Shown piece after piece: positions 1 through 8,886 of a stretch of 59,445 nt of DNA; the stretch's first letter is position 1; each line of letters starts with the position of its first letter. Location: contig JAUYKM010000005.1 in assembly GCA_030699125.1 (NCBI GenBank), forward strand, positions 1-59,445. The letters are read 5' to 3'. The translations under genes were made by a program, and so were the position numbers. The notes beneath the pieces are model-generated. The model searched no databases, was not told where the DNA came from, and saw nothing but the letters and a program-made list of their open reading frames with translations. This DNA comes from Candidatus Daviesbacteria bacterium (GTDB taxonomy: Bacteria > Patescibacteriota > Microgenomatia > Daviesbacterales > UBA10151).

Positions 1-633
1 GCTGATCAAAATATTAAATGCAACTTTGATGCTCCTTTTTGCATGAGAAACTTTTTCTGGGTCAAAGATGTGCCCTTTAACTCAATAATGGTGGAAAACT
101 TAAGATACCTTTCACAAATTGCTGAAAAAATTGGTAAAAAAGGTGATTCCATCTATTTCACAACAAAAGCTGCGGAGACATCTAAGGCTATGAGAAAGTT
201 GATGTTTGAAGATGGGATCTTTTGGTCCACCTTTGGGGAAGATTACAAGAAAGTTAAAGTTAAAACTTGGGCAATGTTTGCTCCTTTGTTTGCCAGGGTT
301 CTGACTCATGATGAAGCTTGGAAATTAGTAAACGGGCATTTGCTTAATTCCAGTGAATTTTGGACAAAATATCCCATACCTACAGTATCTATAGATGAAC
401 CTTCCTTTGATCATAAAGGTTTTTGGAGAGGGCCGGTTTGGATCGCAACAAATTGGTTTATCTATAAGGGGTTGAAAAATTACGGTTTTTATGACATCGC
501 AAAACAAATTAAGGAATCCTCCATTGCTTTAATAGAAAAATCAGGCTTTCGTGAGTATTTTGATCCGGATACAGGAGAAGGCTTTGGAGCTAAAGATTTC
601 ACTTGGGGATGTCTGATACTGGATATGGACTAG
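1..633 (+). CDS. MGH1/GH63-like (trehalase-like) glycoside hydrolase, C-terminal part; 5' end outside window
   Basis: Frame is open from base 1; motifs FWRGPVWIATNW and FREYFDPDTGEGFGAKDFTWG are typical of the (alpha/alpha)6 GH63/GH37-like C-terminus. Confidence 0.8.
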   Translation, partial: ADQNIKCNFDAPFCMRNFFWVKDVPFNSIMVENLRYLSQIAEKIGKKGDSIYFTTKAAETSKAMRKLMFEDGIFWSTFGEDYKKVKVKTWAMFAPLFARVLTHDEAWKLVNGHLLNSSEFWTKYPIPTVSIDEPSFDHKGFWRGPVWIATNWFIYKGLKNYGFYDIAKQIKESSIALIEKSGFREYFDPDTGEGFGAKDFTWGCLILDMD

Positions 634-1388
634 GCAGGTTTTTTAGAAGTTTTCTTGACCAGGCCTTCAAAAGCGCGAAGTATTTCCAGGGGGGTGACAA
701 ATACAATAGTGTTATTTTTATCAGCAGATAATTCTCCCAGAGTTTGAAGGGTTCTAAGATGCAGACCCCCCGGCGTTGAAGAAAGCCTTTCTGCTGCCAA
801 AGTAATATTTTCAGCTGCTGCTTTTTCTCCTTCGGCCCGTATAATAATTGCCCTTCTTTCCCGTTCCGCTTCGGCCTGCCTTGCGATGACCCGTTTCATT
901 TCATCCGGCAAAATTATATCTTTTAGTTCCACAGACTCCACTTTTATTCCCCAGGGATCGGTTGCTTTATCGATAATCTTTTGTATTTTATCTGCCACCT
1001 CGTTTCTTTTGGATAAAAGGTCATCAAGGGCGGTTTCTCCCACCACGTTACGCATGGTGGTTTGCGCCAGTTGGGATACGGCATAGTAGAAGTCTTCTAC
1101 CTCAATCACTGCCTTGTTGGCTAAACTAATGCGATAATAAATAACTGCATTAACCTTTGCAGAAACATTATCTTTGGTGATGGCTTCCTGATCTGGTACA
1201 TCAACCGCCTTTACCCTTATATCTATCCTGGTCCAAGATTCTATAACAGGTAAGACAAGCCTCCAGCCGGGCTCCATCAGTCCTACATATTTACCAAATC
1301 TGAATTTGACCCCACGCTCATATTGATTGACCTGTTTGATGGAGTAGAAAAGAAGCAATAATAAAGGAAGTATCAGTAAAATTTCCAT
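630..1388 (-). CDS. SPFH/band-7 (stomatin-like) membrane protein
   Basis: N-terminal TM, then YERGVKFRFG, QEAITKDNVSAKVNAV, LAQTTMRNVVG, WGIKVESVE, RQAEAERERRA. Confidence 0.92.
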   Translation of the reverse strand: MEILLILPLLLLLFYSIKQVNQYERGVKFRFGKYVGLMEPGWRLVLPVIESWTRIDIRVKAVDVPDQEAITKDNVSAKVNAVIYYRISLANKAVIEVEDFYYAVSQLAQTTMRNVVGETALDDLLSKRNEVADKIQKIIDKATDPWGIKVESVELKDIILPDEMKRVIARQAEAERERRAIIIRAEGEKAAAENITLAAERLSSTPGGLHLRTLQTLGELSADKNNTIVFVTPLEILRAFEGLVKKTSKKPA

Positions 1389-1453
1389 CTAAGTATAGTA
1401 TACCATTTTCTAAAACATCTATTTTTGCCAACAATTTTTTAAGCTATAAACTT

Positions 1454-1597
1454 CCGCGGACTGAAAGTCCGCGGTTTTCTTTAAAAGTTTACAAGAAACT
1501 GCAGAAAACCCTACCTTAAGAATACCACCGATCATTCCGCGGAAGACTGTAATCACTTAAGCATTCATCCCCGCTTTAGAAAAGCAAGGTTTTCTGC
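1454..1597. mobile_element. Miniature hairpin-bounded element; possible IS200/IS605 (HUH) end remnant
   Basis: Perfect hairpin ccgcggact-gaa-agtccgcgg (1454-1474) and imperfect hairpin ccccgcttt-aga-aaagcaagg, both followed by ggttttct; gcagaaaacc (1501-1510) is the inverse of ggttttctgc (1588-1597); no transposase present. Confidence 0.35.
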
Positions 1598-1617
1598 TAG
1601 TGATTATAATTAAGTCT

Positions 1618-1827
1618 ATGATAAATAATCCCCAGCTTACAGTGCTTGTAGCCTTCGGGTTGCTCGTATTGATTGGGGGAGTTAATTTCGTTGCTGTCCG
1701 TTTTAGCAATCAAGAGCTTTATCCTTTTTGGGTCCAGTATAGAATTCGTGAGATTACACAAGAAAGTTCTATCAAAGTCTTTGCACAAGGAACTGTAACT
1801 CAACAAAGCAATATGTGGTTAAAATGA
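1618..1827 (+). CDS. Small membrane protein, hypothetical
   Basis: 69-codon ORF with one hydrophobic segment; stop overlaps the next ATG (ATGA). Confidence 0.4.
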   Translation: MINNPQLTVLVAFGLLVLIGGVNFVAVRFSNQELYPFWVQYRIREITQESSIKVFAQGTVTQQSNMWLK

Positions 1828-2666
1828 ATACTCTTAGCAACTACATTACGAAATATTTTCATTCTATGCATTATGTAGCCATATCTGTTCTGACTGTTGT
1901 GGCAGTTGTTGAAAGTATCGGCCGAGGATTTCCTATGAATGTGGTTGTTGCAGTTCTTACGGCATCCGTTCTTGATGTTGCAATGAACAAGTTCTTGGCT
2001 TCGCCAATGAAACGATTATGGCTAAAAAGTGTACCTGCGATACCCCTATCGGCAATCATTACTGGTTTGATAGTCGGAACGGTGTCGGTGAATGCGCCCG
2101 TTCTGAGTACTTTTATCGCAACTGTTCTTGCAATACTTTCTAAGTTTATCATCAGGTGGAAAGGTTCGCATATCTTCAATCCGGCTGTGTTCGGTGTGGT
2201 TACTGTGCAGGTTTTAAATCCTGCTGCTCATGGTGCCGCTGTCCATGGCTCGTCACAGATAATGGAGGGTTTTGGGCCCGGTGGCCTTGCTGTAAGTATG
2301 TGGTTAGTGCCGCTTTTACTATTTGCTTCCTTTCGAGCAAGGAAACTGTGGGTTTCAATACCATTTCTGATCGCATCAGCATTGCTTTTCTACTTCACAG
2401 GGCTTGTTAATCTAACTTCATTGAGTACCCAAGGTATATTTAAATTCCTTGAAGTCCTGCCCTATTATTTTGCATTCATTATAGTTTCAGAGCCCAAGAC
2501 TTCCCCTTGGGTAAAAAAAGAGCAGATTATATTCGGAATCGGTGTTGCAATTTTTTCCGTTTTACCTCTCCTTCTTTTTGGTTTCTATTCCCATGTCACA
2601 GCACTTGTAACACTGCTTCTTGGGAACTTAATCTATGCGACTTATCGCCTAAAAAATAGGGACTAA
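1824..2666 (+). CDS. RnfD/NqrB-family-like integral membrane protein (stand-alone)
   Basis: Multi-TM; SAIITGLIV, KFIIRWKGSHIFNPAVFG and FIIVSEPKTSP match RnfD/NqrB motifs. Confidence 0.75.
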   Translation: MNTLSNYITKYFHSMHYVAISVLTVVAVVESIGRGFPMNVVVAVLTASVLDVAMNKFLASPMKRLWLKSVPAIPLSAIITGLIVGTVSVNAPVLSTFIATVLAILSKFIIRWKGSHIFNPAVFGVVTVQVLNPAAHGAAVHGSSQIMEGFGPGGLAVSMWLVPLLLFASFRARKLWVSIPFLIASALLFYFTGLVNLTSLSTQGIFKFLEVLPYYFAFIIVSEPKTSPWVKKEQIIFGIGVAIFSVLPLLLFGFYSHVTALVTLLLGNLIYATYRLKNRD

Positions 2667-2809
2667 CCCGCCGGAACGAGCCTCGTCTATTCAGACGGAG
2701 TGAAAGTACCTTACTGTTAGGAAGCGAATGTTGACATCAGATTTGATGATTCATCTTGGCTACAGGGATCGAAACCCTATTCCCTCTGGTTCAACTCGAG
2801 CCGGAGGTT
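2665..2809. ncRNA. Candidate structured ncRNA (6S-like closing stem)
   Basis: GC-rich intergenic segment whose ends pair (aacccgccggaacgag with ctcgagccggaggtt); internal hairpins gtct-attc-agac, catca-gatt-tgatg, aggg..ccct. Confidence 0.3.
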
Positions 2810-2831
2810 CTATTTATGATAATATTTGATT

Positions 2832-3161
2832 ATGGCTTGGAAAGTTTTATTCTTTCAAACAACAAGAGGTGACTCTCCTGTGGAGGATTTTATTAAAGAG
2901 CAGGACGAAGCTACATATGCTAAAATTTTGCAGTCCATGAGACTTCTTGCTAATAATGGACCCTTTTTGAAACCTCCTTACATCAAAAAGATACAAGACA
3001 AGTTATACGAATTAAGAATATCCGGAAAAGTAGCAATAAGAATATTTTATACAATTACCAATCATGAGTACTATTTGCTACATGCTTTTAAGAAGAAAAG
3101 TCAAAAAACGCCCTTTAAAGAAATTAAGGTAGCCCTTGACAGAATGATAGAATTAGTATAG
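2832..3161 (+). CDS. Type II toxin, RelE/HigB (phage Gp49-like) family
   Basis: SPVEDFI, KLYELRI, RIFY, LLHAFKKKSQKTP..EI..A; lies upstream of an HTH gene. Confidence 0.88.
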   Translation: MAWKVLFFQTTRGDSPVEDFIKEQDEATYAKILQSMRLLANNGPFLKPPYIKKIQDKLYELRISGKVAIRIFYTITNHEYYLLHAFKKKSQKTPFKEIKVALDRMIELV

Positions 3162-3173
3162 CATATATGCTAT

Positions 3174-3479
3174 ATGATTAAACCTAAAGACAGAAAACAC
3201 CGAGACTTCAACGATTTCTTAAATGAGTCTCTTAAAAATCCTAAAATAAAAGCTGAATATGATAAGCTGCAGCCTGAATTTGCTATGATCCAAGCGGTTA
3301 TAGATGCGAGAGTTAAAAAGGGCGTAACGCAGAAAGAACTGGCTCAAAAAATTGGGACGAAACAATCTGTTATCTCAAGACTTGAGTCTGGAAAAGCTAA
3401 CCCATCGGTTGCCTTTCTTAAAAAACTAGCTCAAGCTCTAAACTCTCATCTGGAAATTAGATTTACCAATTTTAAATAA
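3174..3479 (+). CDS. XRE-family HTH antitoxin (HigA-like)
   Basis: TQKELAQKIGTKQSVISRLESGKANPS HTH; toxin-antitoxin gene order. Confidence 0.88.
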   Translation: MIKPKDRKHRDFNDFLNESLKNPKIKAEYDKLQPEFAMIQAVIDARVKKGVTQKELAQKIGTKQSVISRLESGKANPSVAFLKKLAQALNSHLEIRFTNFK

Positions 3480-3678
3480 GTCTCTTGTACTTTACTATAC
3501 ATCTTTTAGTCTAAATGTATAAGCAAATTCTGAGCTTAGACTATCAGATAGGAATAATTCGAAGAAACTCTTTAGTCTGTTTAAGGTACTAGCCGGATCA
3601 CTGATGCTGAGTGTTCGTTCTAATCCTATTATGCTTGACAAAGTCAACATCGTTCCAGGTTCACAGATTGAATTTTCT

Positions 3679-5475
3679 TTAGCCCTCTAAATTAATTTTT
3701 CTAATCCTAATATTTTTAGGAGTGACTTCAACTAATTCTGTTTCATCAATATATTCCATGGCATTTTCTAAGCTCATAACCTTGGGTGTATTAAAATGCT
3801 CTGATGTTCCCTCACCGGAGGATCTGTGATTGGTTTGCTGTTTCTCTTTGCAAACATTAATTCTAATATCATCCCCCCGGGAATTTTGTCCAATAACTTG
3901 TCCTTTATAAACTGAGGAGCCGGGACCTATGAATAAGTTTCCTCTATCTTGAGCCCCAATTAAGGCATACAGTTTGGTGATTCCTGCTTCGTGAACAACC
4001 AGTGAGCCGTTATTTCTTTGGAATCTGGTGCCTGAATCCAGCCGGTATTCAAAAAATGATGAGCTGATTATCCCCAGTCCTTTAGTATCTGTAACAAACT
4101 GAGACCTGTAGCCGAAAAACTCCTTGGTGGCAATTAAAAACTCCAAAAATACCACTCCGTTTCCTGCTTCGCCATTAGGTGAGTCTGTTACCATATCCAA
4201 AAGCTCTCCATGTCTTAATCCCATTTTCTGCATGATGGATCCGGAATACTCCTGCGGTACCTCGATGGCCACTTTCTCATATGGAGTTAAAGTTTTTCCG
4301 TTTTCAATTTTTTCAATAACTTGAGGCTTACCTACCTGAAATTCATATCCTTCTCTTCGCATTCTCTCAATCAAGATAGCCAGATGCAACTCCCCCCGCC
4401 CTGAGACAATCCATTCCGATCCTTCAGGTTCCACCTTAAGCGCTACATCAGCTTCCTGAGCCTTCAATAATCTTTCCTGAATCTGCCTGGCTGTTTTAAA
4501 CTCTCCCTCTATGCCGGTCAAAGGAGAGGTGTTTACTCCAAACTTCATTTTTACTGTTGAAGGTTCTATATCCAAAAGGGGCAAGGATACAGGATTTAGG
4601 GGATCGGATATAGTCTCACCTATCGTGATCTCGGGAATACCGGATAAGGCTACAATATCTCCGGATCCTGCTTGTTCAATGTCAATTCTGTCCAGTCCCT
4701 CAAATCCCATAAGGGAAGTTAGTTTAAATTTTTTAATTGAACCGTCTCTTTTGATATGGGCAACTTCCTGACCCTTTTTTACAGTACCATTATAAATTCT
4801 GCCGGTGGCAATTCTGCCTTTAAAATTATCATAATTTGTATTGGTGATTAAAATTTGTAAAGGTTTGTCAAGCTCCATTAAGGGGGATGGGATATGCTTT
4901 AAAACAGCATCAAAAAGGGGGGAAATATCATCCATTTTAGATAAATCAGCATCCAGTCCTGCTTTACCCTGTTTTCCTGAAGAATAGATGGTGGGGAAAA
5001 AAGAGGTTTCCTCATCTGCTCCCAGCTCCAAAAACAAATCAAAAGTCTTATTTAAAACATGTGAGATTCTAACACCAGGTTTATCTATTTTATTGATCAC
5101 TACAATCACTTTATGGCCCATCTCCAGCGCTTTTTTTAAAACAAACCTGGTTTGCGGCATGGGACCTTCTTTGGCATCAATTAAAAGGAGGGCTCCATCA
5201 GCCATTTTTAAAACGCGTTCCACCTCTCCCCCAAAATCAGCATGTCCCGGAGTATCAATAATATTAATCTTGGTATTTTTCCAATTGATAGAAGCATTTT
5301 TGGAAAAAATAGTAATTCCCCTTTCCCTTTCCAGATCATTGGAGTCCATAATAAGGTCGCCTTTGTCCTGAATTTCTTTGGAAATGTGAGTTTGGGATTG
5401 GCGAAGCAGGGCATCTACCAGAGTAGTTTTGCCGTGATCAACATGAGCTATAATTGCCACATTACGAATGTCCAT
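3679..5475 (-). CDS. typA: Translational GTPase TypA/BipA
   Basis: IRNVAIIAHVDHGKTTLVD, ERERGITI, DTPGHADFGGEVER, GRGELHLAILIE; C-terminal VTPKNIRIRK. Confidence 0.97.
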   Translation of the reverse strand: MDIRNVAIIAHVDHGKTTLVDALLRQSQTHISKEIQDKGDLIMDSNDLERERGITIFSKNASINWKNTKINIIDTPGHADFGGEVERVLKMADGALLLIDAKEGPMPQTRFVLKKALEMGHKVIVVINKIDKPGVRISHVLNKTFDLFLELGADEETSFFPTIYSSGKQGKAGLDADLSKMDDISPLFDAVLKHIPSPLMELDKPLQILITNTNYDNFKGRIATGRIYNGTVKKGQEVAHIKRDGSIKKFKLTSLMGFEGLDRIDIEQAGSGDIVALSGIPEITIGETISDPLNPVSLPLLDIEPSTVKMKFGVNTSPLTGIEGEFKTARQIQERLLKAQEADVALKVEPEGSEWIVSGRGELHLAILIERMRREGYEFQVGKPQVIEKIENGKTLTPYEKVAIEVPQEYSGSIMQKMGLRHGELLDMVTDSPNGEAGNGVVFLEFLIATKEFFGYRSQFVTDTKGLGIISSSFFEYRLDSGTRFQRNNGSLVVHEAGITKLYALIGAQDRGNLFIGPGSSVYKGQVIGQNSRGDDIRINVCKEKQQTNHRSSGEGTSEHFNTPKVMSLENAMEYIDETELVEVTPKNIRIRKINLEG

Positions 5476-5489
5476 ATGTATCTGCCATC

Positions 5490-5514
5490 AAAAAAACCGC
5501 CTCTTTTGGCGGTT
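5490..5514 (-). terminator. Intrinsic terminator-like hairpin between the typA promoter and typA start; could also terminate the topoisomerase IB gene
   Basis: Minus strand aaccgcc-aaaaga-ggcggtt followed by a T run. Confidence 0.65.
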
Positions 5515-5529
5515 CAAAAGCAGATGCTA

Positions 5530-5558
5530 AGTATACCATTTTGGATCCTACTTGGCAA
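5530..5558 (-). promoter_or_regulatory. sigma70-type promoter for typA
   Basis: TTGCCA-17 bp-TATACT on the minus strand. Confidence 0.55.
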
Positions 5559-5570
5559 ATGTTTAGGATT

Positions 5571-6629
5571 TTATATAGCGGGTTGGTATGTTTGGAGGAG
5601 TTTAATTAAAGCATATTCATCCCAAGCAAGACCTTTTTGTTTAGATTTGGATTTAGCATAATATGCAAAATGGGGAACCAAGATATTTTTCTGATAAGTT
5701 TCAAAAATAGCTGGATGGATATAATAATTTTTACAAACAGCAGTAGTATTGGCTAAATGCTGAGAAACTTTTTTAACAGTTTGGAGAATATTTTGCTTTA
5801 GCGTTTTTTTATCCTTAGGCTCTCCCAGTTTATAAAAATTAGTGGCAGAGATATTAGTTCCTCCCCAGGTTCTGAAATCCTTGGCTGAAAAATCATCAGA
5901 GGTGATATCTTTTAGGAATAAATTAACATCAGAGGAGTCCACCACATGTCTTTCTCCCTCCGGATCAACAAATTGAAAAAGTTCATATCCCGGCAATTCA
6001 ATACACTTTTTTATAGTTTGAGAGATTTTTTTATTGGATACTTCAATTAAATGATTAACTCCACTTTTACCCCTGAATTCAAATAAAACCTGAGAGCCCC
6101 TGACTTTAACATGTTTATTTCGAAGAGTTGTTAGGCCAAAAGAGTTATTTTCCCTGCTATATTCTTCATTACCAATTCTTATAAAGGTATGTTCCAAAAG
6201 CCACACCACTGCGGATAGAATTTTTCTCTTATCAATATCTCTGCTGTCTAAATAATATGCAACTCTTTGTCTGATTTTAGGTAGAGACAAACCAAAGGAA
6301 ACTACTCTGGAAAATTTATTTTGTCCCCTTAGAAGAGTCCAATCATGATGATAAATATATTGTTTTCTATTTCTTTCATCTACTCCTGTTGCTTGAATAT
6401 GACCAGAAGGACTGGGGCAGATCCAAACATTATCCCATGCTGGAGGGATAACTAGCTTCTCAATTCTTTTTAGAGTTCGCTTATCCTTAATGGTTTTGCC
6501 TCCTAAGTCATAATATTTGAAAGTTTTTCCCAAATTTTGGCGTATAAATCCTGGACTAGAATCAGAGACAAAGTGTAAAGCTTGTTTTTTAAGTTGTTTT
6601 TGTAAGATAGGGTCAGTTTGAAGATTCAT
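5571..6629 (-). CDS. Bacterial DNA topoisomerase IB (poxvirus-like)
   Basis: IPPAWDNVWICP, GRKQY-like NRKQYIYH, IRIGNEEY, FGLTTLRNKH, FRGKSG, SAKDFRTW, LANTTAVCKNYYIHP (catalytic R/K/R/N/Y). Confidence 0.93.
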   Translation of the reverse strand: MNLQTDPILQKQLKKQALHFVSDSSPGFIRQNLGKTFKYYDLGGKTIKDKRTLKRIEKLVIPPAWDNVWICPSPSGHIQATGVDERNRKQYIYHHDWTLLRGQNKFSRVVSFGLSLPKIRQRVAYYLDSRDIDKRKILSAVVWLLEHTFIRIGNEEYSRENNSFGLTTLRNKHVKVRGSQVLFEFRGKSGVNHLIEVSNKKISQTIKKCIELPGYELFQFVDPEGERHVVDSSDVNLFLKDITSDDFSAKDFRTWGGTNISATNFYKLGEPKDKKTLKQNILQTVKKVSQHLANTTAVCKNYYIHPAIFETYQKNILVPHFAYYAKSKSKQKGLAWDEYALIKLLQTYQPAI

Positions 6630-6632
6630 TGT

Positions 6633-7067
6633 TCAGACTCTGATTCTGAATTTTTTGAGGTATTTTTTGCCTGCTTTGGTGGTATATGATATTTCTAAAC
6701 GGGCATTTTTTATGCCTGTGTGCAGCCGGCAGACGTTTTTGGAGCAGGTGCCAAAAAGCAATTCCTGAGAACTGCTGGATGCTCCTGTTAAGTTAATACC
6801 ACCTGCAGCACCTTCCTGCTGCGTGGCTGTTTGGTAAGTTAAAAGATAGGAGACAATCTTAGCATTTTGCAGATTGGAAAAATAGACTATTAAAGCTTTC
6901 CTGTCTCCTCGCAACTTAGGAGAAACCCCAATGCCCACTGTATTAGATGACTTAGTAACGGTTTGTTTCCCTGCTTTGGCAGCCTGGGGTAAAATCTTTG
7001 CCTCTGCGCTTTCAGCAAAAAGAAATAACAATAGAAACATAAATGTTATGAGGGAAATTAGTTTCAT
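6633..7067 (-). CDS. Secreted hypothetical protein
   Basis: Signal peptide ending AEA; beta-rich body with a CSKNVC motif. Confidence 0.7.
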   Translation of the reverse strand: MKLISLITFMFLLLFLFAESAEAKILPQAAKAGKQTVTKSSNTVGIGVSPKLRGDRKALIVYFSNLQNAKIVSYLLTYQTATQQEGAAGGINLTGASSSSQELLFGTCSKNVCRLHTGIKNARLEISYTTKAGKKYLKKFRIRV

Positions 7068-7101
7068 ATCTTAGATTAATATATCACATGTTATACTAAA
7101 T

Positions 7102-7704
7102 ATGGTGAATAAGAAATTAATTCTACTGCTGGTTGTGATCATTGTGCTGATTATCGGGATTGTATTGGTGTTAATGCGCAGTCAGCAAAAAGACTCACAA
7201 AGCAATCCTTTCGCAGAATCTACTTTTACAAAAATAACCCCTTCTGAAGCTTTCATTGAATATTCTGACCCTTCAGGATTTAGCTTCAGTTATCCTGACA
7301 ATCTTTCCCTGGATAAAAAAGTCTCAGAAGATGAAGCCGCCTATGCAGATTTACTCTTAAGTGCCAAGGGAGTTAACGGCAGCTTATCCTTAAGGATTGC
7401 CGATTCTGAATTGGACTCTATAGATGAATGGGTTAAGGTTAATCAAACCTCCTTCAAGGAAGATCCTAAAGAGGTGAAATTGGGAAATCTTCCGGCGCTG
7501 GAGATAAATCTAAATGATAGGATAATTACAGGTGCTTTGGATCAGGGAGTACTTTTTACTCTGGAGATGCCCAAAATAGAGGAAGAGTTTTGGATGAAAG
7601 TTTATCAAAAGATTCTGACAGATTTTTCTTTTACTACACCGGAGGCGGAGAGCGTCGTATCATCTGATGATGTGATTTTTGAAGGTGAAGAGGTGGTAGA
7701 GTAA
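7102..7704 (+). CDS. Membrane-anchored hypothetical protein (PsbP-like fold possible)
   Basis: N-terminal TM; YSDPSGFSFSYP motif. Confidence 0.65.
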   Translation: MVNKKLILLLVVIIVLIIGIVLVLMRSQQKDSQSNPFAESTFTKITPSEAFIEYSDPSGFSFSYPDNLSLDKKVSEDEAAYADLLLSAKGVNGSLSLRIADSELDSIDEWVKVNQTSFKEDPKEVKLGNLPALEINLNDRIITGALDQGVLFTLEMPKIEEEFWMKVYQKILTDFSFTTPEAESVVSSDDVIFEGEEVVE

Positions 7705-7941
7705 TTAATCCTTTTTCTGGTGTTCCAGTTCGTCTTTTCTGATCTCCTGATCTATTCCCAACTCTCCCGGATGTTCATCATCCTGATCTTCATACAGTCC
7801 CACATCTTTGGCTGACTGTAAGGTGTCATCATCCGATTCCGGATCCGGAGTAGAACCGGAAATAGAGGAATTACCACTGGAATCCATCTCATCTGCGGCA
7901 TCCTGGTGTTTCTGATCATCATTTAGATTAATGCTTACCAT
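7705..7941 (-). CDS. Small acidic hypothetical protein
   Basis: 78-aa D/E/S-rich ORF filling the space before the tRNA. Confidence 0.55.
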   Translation of the reverse strand: MVSINLNDDQKHQDAADEMDSSGNSSISGSTPDPESDDDTLQSAKDVGLYEDQDDEHPGELGIDQEIRKDELEHQKKD

Positions 7942-7984
7942 AATATTCCACCTATGATTTTAGCATAATTCTTTAAATTAAATG

Positions 7985-8057
7985 CGCCCCTGGAAGGAAT
8001 TGCACCCTCGACCGACTCGTCCGAAGCGAGTTGCTCTATCTGCTGAGCTACAGGGGC
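7985..8057 (-). tRNA. tRNA-Arg(UCG)
   Basis: Cloverleaf GCCCCTG/CAGGGGC, D-arm GCTC/GAGC, anticodon arm ACTCG-CT-TCG-GA-CGAGT, T-loop TGCAATT; CCA not fully encoded. Confidence 0.92.
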
Positions 8058-8188
8058 CTCTGTTTATTTTACCAGATTAACGAGCTCTTGACATCTAACC
8101 TTATAGTGTGAATACTATGGATATAGCTAAGAGTTTGTAGGTCGCCTCAATCATAGACTACGGCGAACCAAAGGAAGGGGGTGAAATA

Positions 8189-8872
8189 ATGGAAGTAATA
8201 ACAACAACAATTGGTACTATTTTGACCAATTCACTTCTGCAGATTGGTGTATATTTGCCCCAATTTTTGGCAGGACTGATACTGCTTTTAGTTGGTTTGA
8301 GCGTGGCAGCGCTTCTTAAAGAGGTGGTCATAAGGCTCCTAGCCTTTCTTAAAGTGGAAGATTGGTTGAATACTGTCACCGATTGGTTTAGCCAACTTCG
8401 TTCTGACAAAGAGGTTGGAGGAAAAGTATGGATTAGGTTAATATCAGAACTGGTCCGCTGGACAGTAGTGATTTTATTCCTAGTTCCGGCAGCCGAGGCT
8501 TGGGGACTGCCCAGAGTAACTGATCTTTTAAACCAATTCCTTGTATATGTACCGAATGTATTTGTGGCAGCAGTGATTGCCTTTATCGGACTGGTGGTGG
8601 CAAATTTAGTGGCAGAGATAGTTAAAAATGCCAGCCAGAGTTTAGGTGGCACATCATCAAATCTGTTATCAACAGTGGCCAGGTATGCCTTGATTTTCTT
8701 TACCGGCTTGGTGGTATTAAATCAATTGGGAGTAGCCGCAGATTTGATCAGGATCTTATTTACCGGAATAGTGGCAATGTTAGCCATAGCCGGCGGGTTG
8801 GCTTTCGGTTTAGGAGGACAAGATAGCGCCAAAAGTGTCTTGGAAGATTTTCAAAGGAAAATCGAGAAATAG
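8189..8872 (+). CDS. MscS-associated TM-helix repeat membrane protein
   Basis: Multi-TM; YLPQFLAGLIL / YVPNVFVAAVI repeats; GLAFGLGGQD C-terminal motif; SD-like ggaagggggtga upstream. Confidence 0.8.
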   Translation: MEVITTTIGTILTNSLLQIGVYLPQFLAGLILLLVGLSVAALLKEVVIRLLAFLKVEDWLNTVTDWFSQLRSDKEVGGKVWIRLISELVRWTVVILFLVPAAEAWGLPRVTDLLNQFLVYVPNVFVAAVIAFIGLVVANLVAEIVKNASQSLGGTSSNLLSTVARYALIFFTGLVVLNQLGVAADLIRILFTGIVAMLAIAGGLAFGLGGQDSAKSVLEDFQRKIEK

Positions 8873-8886
8873 GTTTTGGATATGGT

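Noticed and set aside
1995-2007. ttggc-ttc-gccaa hairpin in the rnfD-like CDS as another in-frame insert
   Set aside because: A 5-bp stem is too short to distinguish from chance without an alignment.
2753-2785. T-arm-like gggtttcgatccctgtagcca (minus strand) as a tRNA
   Set aside because: Non-canonical loop and no matching 5' half, D arm or anticodon arm.
3480-3678. Intergenic region between the TA pair and typA as an ncRNA
   Set aside because: Only a weak AT-rich hairpin (tatacat/atgtata); no clear promoter-terminator unit.
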